The notes beneath the pieces are model-generated. The model was not told the DNA's origin, did not search any database, and was given only the letters and a program-made list of their open reading frames with translations. From Anthoceros angustus (Eukaryota; Plantae; Anthocerotophyta), in assembly GCA_010909165.1 (NCBI GenBank), contig MU008169.1:1364001-1428000 (forward strand): 64,000 nt of DNA, given 5' to 3'. Within the stretch, counting starts at the first letter, position 1. Each line of letters opens with the position of its first letter. The translations under genes were made by a program, and so were the position numbers. Positions 11,380 through 23,229 of this stretch are shown piece by piece.

Positions 11380-14300
11380 TTATTTATTTTATCAAAGGCA
11401 GCCCATGGGGAGGGTGTGCATGGGAGGGCGCCGGCCGGCGCCATGGGAGGGCGTGCATGGGAGGGCCCCGGCCGGCCGCCCATGGGAAGGGCATGCATGG
11501 GGCGCCGGCCGGCGCGCCATGGGCGTGCATGAGGAGGCGTGGCCGGCGCCATGGAGAGGGCATGCATGGGAAGGGCCGGCCGCCAAGATCCTCTTTATGG
11601 ATGCGATTTTGAAATTCTTCTCTCATGCCACGATTGCACCCATTTTCGAAAAAACCTATGAACTTACTTTCATTAATTCAGACTGTACAATGTGCAACTT
11701 CGCTCAAGAATATATGGGCATATCTGTGTACCCGCCAAAATGTGGAACATAACATTACTTTGAGGTTTGGGGCCCTAGTTTTGAGGGGAACTAATCCCAC
11801 TTACTCTATATATTTTAAAAATATTTTAAAGCAACAGCTCCTGATTTGGTTGACTTGTATGGTATTGAAATAGTGTGCATGAAGTACAAGGCCTTTGTGT
11901 TCCCCACTGAGGGCGGTCAGTTACTTTGAAGGACTTCGCGCTGCCCCACCCTGGACTGATGTAGTGGAATGCAAATGGAAACATGACCTTGTGACAAGGG
12001 CTTGCGGCATTTGGTTGCTGGTGACAACCATGTGGGCGACTGTAAAAAAATTAGAATGAAGGTGCTTGCTAAAGAGGGTTCCATTTGCATATCAATCTGG
12101 AATCCGATGTCGTCGTATACTCTATCACATACGCGAAGGACATTGTCTGTGTGTGGGAAGTGAGAACGACGACCAGGAACTTTGACCTAAACCCCAAACT
12201 CTCGGTGGAGTGAAAGGGCGCCGGCCGGCCGGCGCCCTTTCCCTGCACACTCGTATATGCCCAAAGTGTAGTATACAAACGACTACTCGGGTCTTTTGGT
12301 GTTTTTACATAGTGCCTTAGTTGAAAGGCAATATTTATGTGCGTAACACCGCCAAGAATGGTCAACCACGTGGGTTCAATTATGCCGAAATCGATGTGTT
12401 GTGGAAAGCCTAAACCCTTCACATGCCTCGGCTCATGAAAACAATGCAACCAATGGTGTGACACCATGATTTTGTGATAAATTTTTAGAGCATGCCATGA
12501 CTAGTTTTAGACCCATCGAAACCCTCTTCAAGGATAAAGCCAAGAAACCCCATCATATATTCCCCTTGCAAAATTATCGTGTTTTGGATATGTGGGTATT
12601 GTCGGTGACACCCCGGAGTTGGCAAGACCTACAATCCTTTCCCCACCGAAAGAAGTAAGTCACACATGATATCTTCTATGTTGTTGTGTTTTTCGTACCC
12701 CACGATTGTATGTGCGAGTTGCTTCATCCAATCGAGCATCCTCTGTTTATGTGCTCGACAGGGATAGATAGACGTGTAGCCAGCATACCGCTTCTCACAA
12801 GACAAAGACATCCCATCGTGTGCTACTTTGTGTAGGCATAGTAAACACCCTTAGGCCCATGGAGGAAGCATCTGCACCCATTCAAGTAGAGAGAAGGGTA
12901 ATGCATACAATGTAACAAACTTAGGCTTGTGTGACGAGTCTCCCCATACCATCCGTTGTAACGTTTGTGATCACCATAACAAGAACTACAACAAAAACGC
13001 TACATAGGCAGCAGGTTTCTAGTAGTGTTATTTATTTTATCAAAGGCAGCCCATGGGAGGGTGTGATGGGGAGGCGCCGGCCGGCGCGCCCTTGGGAGGC
13101 GTGCATGGGAGGGCCCCGGCCGGCCGCCCATGGGAAGGGCATGCATGGGGCGCCGGCCGGCGCGCCATGGGCGTGCATGAGGAGGCGTGGCCGGCGCCAT
13201 GGAGAGGGCATGCATGGGAAGGGCCGGCCGCCAAGATCCTCTTTATGGATGCGTATTTTGAAATTCTTCTCTCATGCCACGATTGCACCCATTTTCGAAA
13301 AAACCTATGAACTTACTTTCATTAATTCGTACTGTACAATGTGCAACTTCGTTCTCGAAGAATATATGGGCATATTCAGGTACCCGCCAAAATGTGGAAC
13401 ATAACATTACTTTGAGGTTTGGGGCCCTAGTTTTGAGGGGAACTAATCCCACTTACTCTATATATTTTAAAAATATTTTAAAGCAACAGCTCCTGATTTG
13501 GTTGACTTGTATGGTATTGAAATAGTGTGCATGAAGTACAAGGCCTTTGTGTTTGCGGTCATTACTTTGAAGGACTTCACACGCCCCACCCGGATCGATG
13601 TAGTGGAATGCAAATGGAAACATGACCTTGTGACAAGGGCTTATGCATTTGGTTCTGGTGACAACCATGGGCGTGTAAAAAATTAGAATGAAGGTGCTTG
13701 CTAAAGAGGGTTCCATTTTTGCATATCAACTGAATGTCGTCAGATACTCTATCACATACGCCAAGGACATTGTCCGTGTGTGGGAAGTGAGAACGACGAC
13801 CGTGAACTTTGACCTAAACCCCAAACTCTCGGTGAGGCTGAAGTGGCGCGCCCTTTCCCTATACTAAATGCCCAAAGTGTATACAACGACTACTCGGGTC
13901 TTCTTTGGTGTTTTTACATAGTGCCTTAGTTGAAAGGCAATATTTATGTTACCGCCAAGAATGGTCAACCACGTGGGTTCAATTATGCCGAAATCGATGT
14001 GTTGTGGAAAGCCTAAACCCTTCACATGCCTCGGCTCATGAAAACAATGCAACCAATGGTGTGACACCATGATTTTGTGATAAATTTTTAGAGCATGCCA
14101 TGACAGGCTAGTTTTAGACCCATCAGAAACCCTCTTCGAAGGATAAAAGCCAGTAAACCCCCATCGGGTATATTCCCCCCTTGCAAAATTATCGTGTTTT
14201 GGATATGTGGGTATTGTCGGTGACACCCCTGGAGTTGGCAGCACCTACAATCCTTTCCCGCCTGAAAGAAGTAAGTCACACCTGTGATATCTTCTATGTT

Positions 14301-14490
14301 GTTGTGTTTTTGCTGAGGGCAGCCCACGATTGTATGTGCAGGTTGCTTCATCCACTGAGCTGTCCTCTTGTTTATGTGCTCGACAGGATAGATAGACGTG
14401 TAGCCAGCCAAGTACAGCTGCTTCCTGTCAGCACAGCACATCCTACTGTGTGCTACTTTGTGTAGGCATAGTAAACACCCTTAGGCCCAT
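11213..14490 (+). repeat. Direct tandem duplication, unit ~1.62-1.65 kb, spanning the CACTA end, the TIR-element end and the Copia pol 3' end
   Basis: CACTA terminus at 11379 and 13027; TIR end at 12583 and 14198; junction microhomology TGGAGG near 12865. Confidence 0.9.
11400..11585. repeat. GC-rich modular block (CATGGGAGGG and GGCCGGCGCC units) of the AAC-TIR element; duplicate at ~13050-13230, related block at ~26545-26765
   Basis: Repeated G-tracts alternating with short palindromes; same position relative to the 'caactttgttgatttt' landmark in both element copies. Confidence 0.8.
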
Positions 14491-17400
14491 GGAGGCAAGA
14501 TGCTTGTAGTGCTTGACTTTAGCAAGCCCCTTAGTCAACAGGTCTGCTGTATTTTCATCCGTGTTTACATACTCCACCTTGGCCACACCTCTCTCTGCCA
14601 CATCCCTTATGCAGTGGTGATAGAGCTCTATGTGCTTCGTCCTTGCGTGGAATCTTGGATTAGCCACTAGGGCTATAGCAGACATATTATCGTAGAACAG
14701 GCGAGTTGCAGAGGTCTGTGTCATGAAAATAGACTCTAGGAACTGTCTCTCCCACTCAAGCTCCTTGCAAGCATCTGTTAGAGCCTTGTATTCACCTCGA
14801 GACGATGCTGCTAAGACCGCTTACATGACCAATTGATCGCACGAGGCTAGCAAGCATACTAGAGAAAGTATTGTGCCTGCGGGTGTTAGAATCATGCCCG
14901 TCGATCGCCAGGGCGGTCGACAAGCTCTTCTTGCCACTGATAGATAGTGAAGGCCTAAGTTGATGGTTCTCTTTAGATAGCGATAGATCCTTTTAACCGC
15001 AGCCCAATGGGCTCGACCAGGTGTCTTGAGAAATTGAGCTACCAAACTAACAGAGAAGCTGATATCTGGTCTAGTCCAGTTTGCCAGAAAAATGAGGCAT
15101 CCAACTGCCTCAGCATAAGGGACAACAGCCATATCCTTTTCCTCCTCTGTAGACTGGGGAGACATTTCAACTGTAAGCTTCTCACCCACAACTGAAGGTG
15201 TAGTAACGGGGCGAGCTTCATCCAGGTGAAACCGTTTTAATATTTCCTTGAGATACTTTGTTTGGTGAAGGACAATTGTGCCACTCTGCCTGTCTCTACG
15301 TATTTGGATACCCAAGCAGAATTGAAGAGCACCCTGGTCCGTCATCTCAAACTCGCTTCTCAAAAGATCCGTAACTTTGTCCATCTGTGACATGCTATTG
15401 CTCAAGAGAATCGCATCGTCAACGTACAAGGCCAGAATGACGAAGAGCCCAGACTCAGATAAGTAAAACACATTCGAGTCAGCTGCTGATTGTGAGAAGC
15501 CTGCCTTACGCAAAAATTTCATGATACGTTTGTACCAGGCTCTGGGGCTTTGTTTCAAACCGTAGATAGTCTTCAAGAGTTTGCAAACTTTACGAGGCCA
15601 CTTCTTATTAACAAACCCTTCTGGTTGGATCATGTAGAGAACCTCCTCTAGTTCTCCATGTAAGAAAGCCATGCACACATCCATCTGATGGAGCTCGAGA
15701 TCAAACTCAGCAGCAAGTGCGAGCAAGATTCTGACAGATGGAGGCTTCACAACAGGTGAAAAAGTGTCTCCATAATCTATACCAGGAATCTATGAGAATC
15801 CTCTCGCCACCAGCCTGCTTTTGTATCTTGCAATAGTCCCATCTGATTTCAGTTTAGTCTTAAATACCCACTTACACGTAATGGGTTTCCTGCCAGGTGG
15901 CAAATCTGCTAGCTCCCAAGTATGATTTTTAAGAAGACTGTTGTACTCGTCATCGATAGACATACGCCAATGAGCCCCATCAGGACCATTCGGTGCTTCA
16001 TCGAACGTACGAGGATCAGGCCTGACACCTGGTACATGTAAATCTGTTACATTAGCCGCAGCATGTCTCCTGAAGTCTTCAGATTGATAAGGAGGCTCCA
16101 GCCAGGACTCACGTGGCCTTCTCACTCTTGCAGGATAGCGAGAAGGAGGATCTGCAACAGCAGGTTATCATGATCTGAGAACACAGCATCACTGTTGGCT
16201 TCACTGTTGTCCGAGTCTTCGAAAGCACCAGGTTGCTCATCATCATCTGAAAAATGACCAGCAAGGTGAGGACCTATGTCCCCCTCATAAACAGCAGCAT
16301 CTACAGGATCTACAGGAAGTGCACCAGCAACAGGTGGACCAGGCTGTGCATCCTGTGGCTGTAAATAAAAAGGCATCAACTGCTGCATGGTCTAACAAGG
16401 TAGGAGTATCACCATCTGACTGTGGATATTCATGTGTGAACTCAGTAGAGCCAGGCATAAACTCTAAACCAGTAGTGGGAGCAGAAGCATTTGTGTTCTC
16501 AAGGAGAGAGTTAGGCAACATGTCAGACTGAGGAGTCAACAGTTCCTTAAAGGTAACACTACGTGCTAGTGTGATTTTTGAGGTCTGAGGGTCATACAGT
16601 TTATAGGCTTTGGATCCCTCTGAGTAGCCAACAAAAATAGAGGGCCTAGACCTATCATCTAATTTCCCCCTCTTGGCTTCAGGAACAAAGGCAAAAGCAG
16701 GTGACCCGAAGACCCGCAAGTGCAGCAGACTAGGCTTTCGGCCCCAAAACGCTTCATAAGGAGTGCGACCAGGCAGAGCAGAGGTAACTATTCGATTCCG
16801 AATGTATGTGGCTGTCACCACAGCCTCTGCCCAGAAAGTTTTTGGTAAGGAAGCCCATGAGATCATGCTACGGGTCATGCACATTAAAGTTTGATTTTTG
16901 CGTTCAGCAACGCCGTTTTGTTGTTGTGTATATGGCACTGACAGCTGACGTATAATGCCATGTTGCTAGAAGAGGTCATCAAATCGATGGCCAGTGAATT
17001 CCCCTCCGTTATCGCTTCGAAAACACCTTACAAGCCGTCCAGTTTGTCGCTGAACAATGGGGATCCAAGCAGAGAGGTGATCAAACACATCACTCTTCAA
17101 CTTGATAGGAAAAGTCCAGGTATAGCGGGAGAAATCGTCCGTCAGGGACAAATAGTACTCAGCACCGCCTAAGGACTTCACTGGCAGCTTCCCAGCAATG
17201 TCAGCATGCACTAGCTCAAGAACAGCAGTGGCCCTGGTAGGTTGCTTGTTCTTGAACGGCAGCTCTTTCTGTTTAGACAAGATACATGACGTGCAGGCTG
17301 CAAGATTCTTTAAACAGCTAGGGAGCTGTTCTCTATAAAAGGTGGAGTTAGACATAAGATCCAACTTTGACTTGTTCACATGGCCCAACCTAGCATGCCA

Positions 17401-18935
17401 AAGGTTAGCCTTCACATTGTAAGCAGCAAGCAGAGCTCTAGTACGCAACTTAGACACTGTGACCAGCTGATACAGATCATGTACTAAGACAGCCTTGGCA
17501 ATAGGCCTCTCTGGACATGTGAGTAGATACAAGTAGCATTTACTATCTTCAAAGCGAAAACCATACAGGTTACTCTGAGAAATGGCTCTAATGGACAACA
17601 AATTTTTACTCATGGCTGGGACATACAGAACATCTTGAAGATGCAAGGTTGACCCGTCAAGAAGAGGTATGTCAACTACACCTGTCCCTTTTACCTCAAT
17701 GCCTCGCGAATCACCCACAAAAACTGACTGAGGAGTCTGCTGGTTGTGGAAGGAGGAGAACATCTGTCGGTTGTTGCAGACGTGGGCAGTAGCTCCCGAA
17801 TCAATGAACCAATGCTGAGTATTCTCCGTGGTCGAGGTCAAGCAAACTGTAAGTACAGAACTGCTGCTATGAGGTTGTTGCTGTCCATTCTGTGATTTTG
17901 TTTCCTTGGATGAAACATGAGCCTCTGATCTTGTATCCTTTTTGGGCTCTCCAGCCTTCTTCTTTCTACAATCACGCTCCCAGTGCCCAGGGATTTGGCA
18001 CCAGTTGGAATTGCCTGTGCGCTTAGTGGTGGAGGAAGAGGTACCAGAAAAGTTTGAAGCAGTCTTCTTACTTTTATCCTTCCCTTTCCATTGATTCTTG
18101 CCTTTGGCAGCAAATAAAACTTTCTCACCACGCAGCCGTGAACCAGAATGAGAGCGCTGACGGCTCTGCTCCTCTTGCAGGAGTGCCCCAACTATCTCAT
18201 TCAGATTTAATGTAGAAGGTTGACCACTTGCTGCTGCTGAGAAAGCATCACGCAAGGTGGCATTTTGGCTGGATATGAATGATTGGTAGGATAAAGGCAG
18301 GCTGGTCAAAAGCTGTGCTGTCATCTCCACTTCAGTTATCTTGGTACCTAACGCGGCAAGCTGTGCCCGTAGGTGCCTCAACTTGGTGACATGAGCACCA
18401 ACTGGTTCCCCCTCCTTCAACCTCAAACTGTGAAAATCATTACGTGCGTTGATCATAGTACAAACGTTCTTGACCTGATACGTGCCATGCAGTTGTTTCC
18501 ATACAGATTCTGCTGACTCAAGAGAGTCAACCTCAGTAACTGTGGTCTCGTCCAAGCTTGACAAAAGGATGGCGAATGCAACCTTGTTGCACTTCTTCCA
18601 TTTTGCCTTGTCATCAACAGAGGGCTGAGTTGCAGCGTAGCTGGTACAAGAAATGGATTGGCAATGGTGCCATCCACATACTCGAGAACATCACGAGCAT
18701 CCAGGTTAGCTCTCATGCGTGCTTTCCAGCTTTCAAAACGAAGTGCTTTTCCATCAAACCTATCTTTCTCTTTGAACTCACCATAGTATGATGATCCTAC
18801 AGATATGGACTGTGGCCCTTGACCTGTAGACATGTTTACACAAATGATTGGTGGTGGAAGTGGTGGGTTTGAGAATAGCCAGGAGAGTGGATCAATATCA
18901 CTATCGGAGTCAAAATCTGAATCAAATAGTGACAT
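14443..18935 (-). pseudogene. Copia gag-pol polyprotein, frameshifted into about six pieces
   Basis: Gag FDGKALRFESWKARMRANL; zinc-knuckle-like WCQIPGHWERDC; protease WFIDSGATAHVC; LWHARLGH; integrase HADIAG / TDDFSRYTW / RSDNGGEF / QQNGVAERKN; RT CKWVFKTK, YGLKQSPRAWY, LYVDD; RNase H DNMSAIAL..NPRFHARTKHIE. Confidence 0.96.
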
Positions 18936-19253
18936 GCTCTATTGAATGCACAAAAGCCAGACAGACGCCATATGAGACATGAATCGGTAAGTTATAAAAC
19001 CTAAATGCCCTTTATTTACATGAATAACGTTTCAAAACCCTAGAGGTGTCACATGACAACTAACTAGTAACCGTTCATGCCAGCATAAAGAGTTTTTCAG
19101 AATGCAAGGGACGTGACCTAAGCAACACATAGGCAGACAGCAAGGACATCTGCAACACCTGAACACTCCAACCAACAGACACAAACTTCAGATGCGCCTG
19201 TTGAGAGCTCTCAAGCCAGCGTGCTGGAGATTCGCAAACTGTCCCGCACCCCT

Positions 19254-19847
19254 TCAGATCTGAGGGGTCATAGATGGCTGATCCTCAGCGCTAGCTCCCT
19301 CTCTGATGAGAACCAGGGATTCCAGATACAGCGCTGCAAATGGCTGAACTGCAGAGGCAGGGGCAGGTGATTGTTGAACTCTGAATTGAGCAAACTGGTT
19401 CACAAGTTCTGCAACTTCTGATTGCAGGGACTTCACACTTCTGACAACTTCACCAAGTCTTGGAATTTTGAAGGAAAACGTGCGAACAACAAGTGCTTCA
19501 ATACTTTCCAACTTGAGGATGAATCTTTCAAGAGCGAATGGACGCTCTGTAAGATCAATCTGATTGATTAAGTTTTCGTCCTCTTCAATCTGCAGTGCCC
19601 TAAGTGCTTCTTCTTCTCGTGCTCCAGCAGGGTTTCTCCTATCACGCTCAAGATGTCGGGCAGCGATCGGGAAAATGTAAGGGGCAGGAGCACCTGATAG
19701 CACTCTTTCCCTCTCCCTCTGTTCTCTGTCACGAGTCCAAGCGTCGATAATAAGATTGTTGTGACGTCTTGTCAGGTAATCAACCCTGAAGGCCAAGTCA
19801 AATCTGGAGGGAGTTCGATTCTGTCGTCGCCCTCCTCTTCCTGGCAT
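19254..19847 (-). CDS. Extra sense ORF (197 aa from first ATG) between PBS and gag; function unknown
   Basis: Uninterrupted ORF MPGRGGRRQNRTPSRFDL... inside the LTR pair, ending ~320 bp before the gag ORF; basic N-terminus and a heptad-like segment VVRSVKSLQSEVAELVNQF. Confidence 0.6.
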   Translation of the reverse strand: MPGRGGRRQNRTPSRFDLAFRVDYLTRRHNNLIIDAWTRDREQRERERVLSGAPAPYIFPIAARHLERDRRNPAGAREEEALRALQIEEDENLINQIDLTERPFALERFILKLESIEALVVRTFSFKIPRLGEVVRSVKSLQSEVAELVNQFAQFRVQQSPAPASAVQPFAALYLESLVLIREGASAEDQPSMTPQI

Positions 19848-20093
19848 CTTCAGCACAAGAGCTGCACTTTGACACTAGCATTCAATTTTGCACTAGTAGT
19901 AGCCAGCCAAATTGCAGACTATTGACATATGTTATGCAGGTCAGTAAATTAGAGGCTTCAGCGTAGAACTCCATTCACCCAGGGTGGATGGTGTGCTATG
20001 CTGAACTCACTAAATTACTAGCCGTGCATTTTCTAGCATAAAGGTAGACTAGATGTCAATGACTTTGGCAGCGGAAGGCACACAGCATCGAAT

Positions 20094-20105
20094 GCTCTGA
20101 TACCA
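20094..20105 (-). promoter_or_regulatory. Primer-binding site for initiator tRNA-Met (TGGTATCAGAGC)
   Basis: Canonical plant Copia PBS directly abutting the 5' LTR. Confidence 0.95.
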
Positions 20106-20288
20106 TGTTATTTATGCAATTGTTCTGGACTCACTTGGGCAAGGAATACAAGAAGCAATGCAACAAAAGAACTTGAATAATAAAATGTGTACAAAATTGT
20201 ATCTTATATACTGTTGAGTTCATTAAATCTTAAAGGTGTATATATAACCGAGTTAGATTAACCCATGGTTATCTAAATAACCTCAACA
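20106..20288 (-). repeat. Copia 5' LTR (183 bp)
   Basis: Matches 5712-5894 at 179/183 positions by hand count. Confidence 0.97.
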
Positions 20289-20770
20289 ACAGCCGGAGTA
20301 GTGGTAGCCAGAGTAGTCCCAACTAGAGCAGTCCCAAGCAGATGACTCACAGCCGGAGTAGTGGCCGCAGAGTTGTTCGAGCCAGAGTAGTGACAACCGG
20401 AGGGGTCACATCTGGAGGTGTCACAACCGGTGGAGTCAGAGGCGTCAAAGTCTGCAGCCCGATCCAGTAGGAGTCACTCCGAGTAGTCACTCCGAGTAGT
20501 CACTCGGGTAATCCACCGGAGTAGTCACTGGAGTAGTCACAATGAGTAGTCATCAAGTAGTCACGATCCGGAAGTCAAAGTTGAAGTCACAATCGGAGTA
20601 ATCACCACTATTGGAATCAGAGCAAGAGTCCCAGCTGGAGACATAGCTAGAGTCACTGCCAGAGGCCGGGCTCCAGCCGGAATGGAAGCCTAAGGACAAC
20701 CCATAGTATAAGGCGGAGTAGAAGTGCACAGACTGGACGAGCCTCGGGTAACACTCAGAGTCTGCTTCAT
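20289..20770. repeat. Modular 15-bp GAGTAGTCAC array, the Copia insertion target (continues at ~5685-5711)
   Basis: Same unit family as 1-585. The left flank of the Copia, 'gtcccaacc...gactcacaac', resembles the units on the right flank. Confidence 0.8.
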
Positions 20771-20864
20771 ACTCATATCCGCTATTGGAACTTGAATCAC
20801 ACTCATTATAATAGTTGCAATCAATTCCTATTGTTTCTCCAACGATTTCCACATTCTATGCCAC

Positions 20865-20866
<2 letters not shown>

Positions 20867-20945
<79 letters not shown>
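20867..20945. repeat. (TA)n microsatellite, ~39 units
   Basis: Direct reading. Confidence 0.98.
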
Positions 20946-20948
<3 letters not shown>

Positions 20949-21659
20949 TTTCCTTATAGAGCATGGTAGTTTTCCTTGAGTAAAATCATGTGCAACGTGT
21001 AGCTCATCTTGCTTTTTTATTTAAGTATAAAAAATAGAAAATAAAACTAGAGATGAAGTATGTTTTAAATGAAGTAGTTCTCAAACTTGTCTCTCCTAAA
21101 AGTAATCTTCAATCTTGCTATACACAGTTAAGTAAAAACAATGATAGAAAAATGGTGAAGTGGTTTGGTTGGCTGGAAAGGTGAGAGTATTAGGTCCATG
21201 TTACCATTCATATAACAGGCACAATTATATAGGTGAAGGTAAGATAAACAAACAGGTGTGGAGACATGGGTGCATTGAAGAAGGCAGGGTGGAATATAAA
21301 TAAATAGCTATCCAAAAGAGAATGATAACTGTGGGGGGAGAGAGAGAGAGCTCCTTATTACAGTCATGTTGCAAGAGCAAGAGGGGAAGAATATAAAATT
21401 GATGTGATAGGAGAGCTCCTTGTCAAAGTCATGTTGCAAGAGAAGGAGGGAAAGAATATAAAATGGGTGTGATAGGGGAGCAATAACTAGTAGGGTGAGG
21501 TAAAAGGAGAGAGACCAAGCATTGTGTTAAGATAGTAGGAGAAGGTGGAGAAGAAAATGGTCAACTTAACACCAAGCCTCCAAAGTGTGTTGCAATTTGG
21601 AAGTGTTACATAAAATTGTACCAACGACTGAAACATAAGCAGGCTTTTCTAGCAGGGAA

Positions 21660-21740
21660 CATACCGACACACACCGACGAATACTAGAAAACACCAACAC
21701 AAACCGACGGATACTAGAACACACCGACAGATTTGAACAC
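21660..21740. repeat. ACCGAC-containing short repeats resembling DNA-transposon subterminal repeats
   Basis: accgacac / accgacga / accgacgg / accgacag cluster; no intact CACTA terminus beside it. Confidence 0.45.
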
Positions 21741-23229
21741 ATTATCCTTCAATTCTCAACACTTAACCTATGCCACCAGACCACCACACCCTGCACGTAC
21801 CTTCTAGTTTTACTACATCTTAATGCTTCAAATGGTGCGCATTATTGGAAAATTCTTGCATCCTCCCATTCCTTTCAGCCTTGTTGCCATAGCTGCCATT
21901 GGCTTCTAATACGAACATGTGCATCTTGCCGCATCAATGCTACTGTTTTCAGGGTTTTTTTCACAGCTTACTAGACTTAATCAAGGACTCAGAATACCAC
22001 TCGGAAGACAGAGTACTACTTAGACGACAGAGGACCACTGTAAATGCTAGTCTAGCAAGATGGGAACACCAATTCTCTAGAATTGTTGGTGAATGACAAA
22101 CACCCGTCTACCAAGCACTGGCCACTCCAGCGTCTGCAAGTTGTTGTGATTGACCATTTGCATTCTCTCTCCACAAAGCTCCCAGCTCCCATGGCTGTTT
22201 TGAAGATTTTCTTGGGATGCACTCGCCCAATATTTGATTGCTTTGCTGTCTCTTCCAAAGTCCACAGGTATGCACCAAACATCCTGGCATGAAGATCTCC
22301 CAGCATCAAGGCATCCAAGCATCTAGCTAGCTGTACCAACCACGCCTATGTCGTTGCCCACAGCCTCTTCGACGGTCGAGACTCTAACTCCACAGGCTCC
22401 TGTGATCTCAAGACCACTGTCTTTTGCCTCGACCCTCTTAATGGCGGCTCTTGCTCTTGCTTTCTCCCGCCTGTCCACCTTTTGTGCACTGGCATTCGAG
22501 CCATTGTCCTCCACACCCACTCCCTTCACTCCTGGCCCCATAGGCTGCAAAATCACCATGGTGAAAGTTATTGTCGCCAAAGCATCCGCATTCAATCCCC
22601 CACTACCGGCATTACCACCCTACTCACACTTTTCGACACAGATCACGTGATTCGCCTTATGGGTGGCAATGCACTCACTGGTCCCGCTTCCACACCATCT
22701 CCGCTGTCTCCGGCATCACATGAGGGTAACGCCCCTCTCTCTGCCACCTTCCCTCCCCCTTCTCCCTCGCCACAAGTTCTTGTTTGCTCCTTCCTGTCTT
22801 GCCGCTTGCCTTCCACAATCCTTCCCTTCTCCTTCTTACCTGCAAGCATGCACACACATCACTTAGCCTAGACAAGGTTCATGTCCCCACGACGCACCTA
22901 CCTTGCGCACACATAACCCTTCCACCAACCATCCTCGATCACTTTACCTCTCCAATAGGCCGGCATGCTCTCCAATCCATGTCTTGCACCCCACTTCAAC
23001 TCCTCCACAGTTGCTCTCCTCCACACCGTTGGACATACTGTTTCTCAAACTCTTTTGCTCCCATGGGACCAAGGGATTGGTCCTATATATGCTCGTGCTT
23101 GGCAAGTCGTGTCGACGTTGCGGCTGCTTGCTAAGGGGTTGGCCACACACCACCATGCTTTTGCACAGTCAATAGAACATGCTCCACAACCCGTTTCCAT
23201 GCCTTCGTGCTCACGTTTGGAGGATGCAG

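Larger units (their letters stand above)
6723..14198 (-). mobile_element. TIR DNA transposon, unclassified AAC-TIR family, copy 1 (core ~2.75 kb: 6723-8267 plus 11383-12583; end duplicated at 14198); TSD TTGG
   Basis: TIR aacacgataattttgcaaggaggggaatatac at 6723-6754 and its inverse at 14168-14198 (also ending at 12583). Flanking TTGG at 6719-6722, 14199-14202 and 12584-12587. Confidence 0.85.
6235..14287 (+). pseudogene. Interrupted antisense ORF of the Copia 3' region (6235-6722 joined to 14203-14287; ~190 aa; hydrophobic segment then coiled-coil-like segment)
   Basis: Removing 6723-14202 restores the frame ...VRHLVKELTMLG|YVGIVGDTPGVGSTYNPFPPERSKSHL*. Contains MELCVPLVWTMLCIAFTAGVLLQA and HLIQTVKKCEEVEEALKATKCRVLELQDLMAK. 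Confidence 0.5.
5712..20288 (-). mobile_element. Ty1/Copia LTR retrotransposon with nested insertions (native length ~7.1 kb after removing 6723-14202)
   Basis: Two 183-bp TG...CA LTRs, PBS, PPT, near-TSD ACAAC (5707-5711) / ACAGC (20289-20293), and gag-PR-INT-RT-RH domain order. Confidence 0.97.

Noticed and set aside
21900-22120. hAT dimerisation-like words (WCSHLARLAF...SSEWYS)
   Set aside because: Short, interrupted by stops, with no hAT TIR or 8-bp TSD found.
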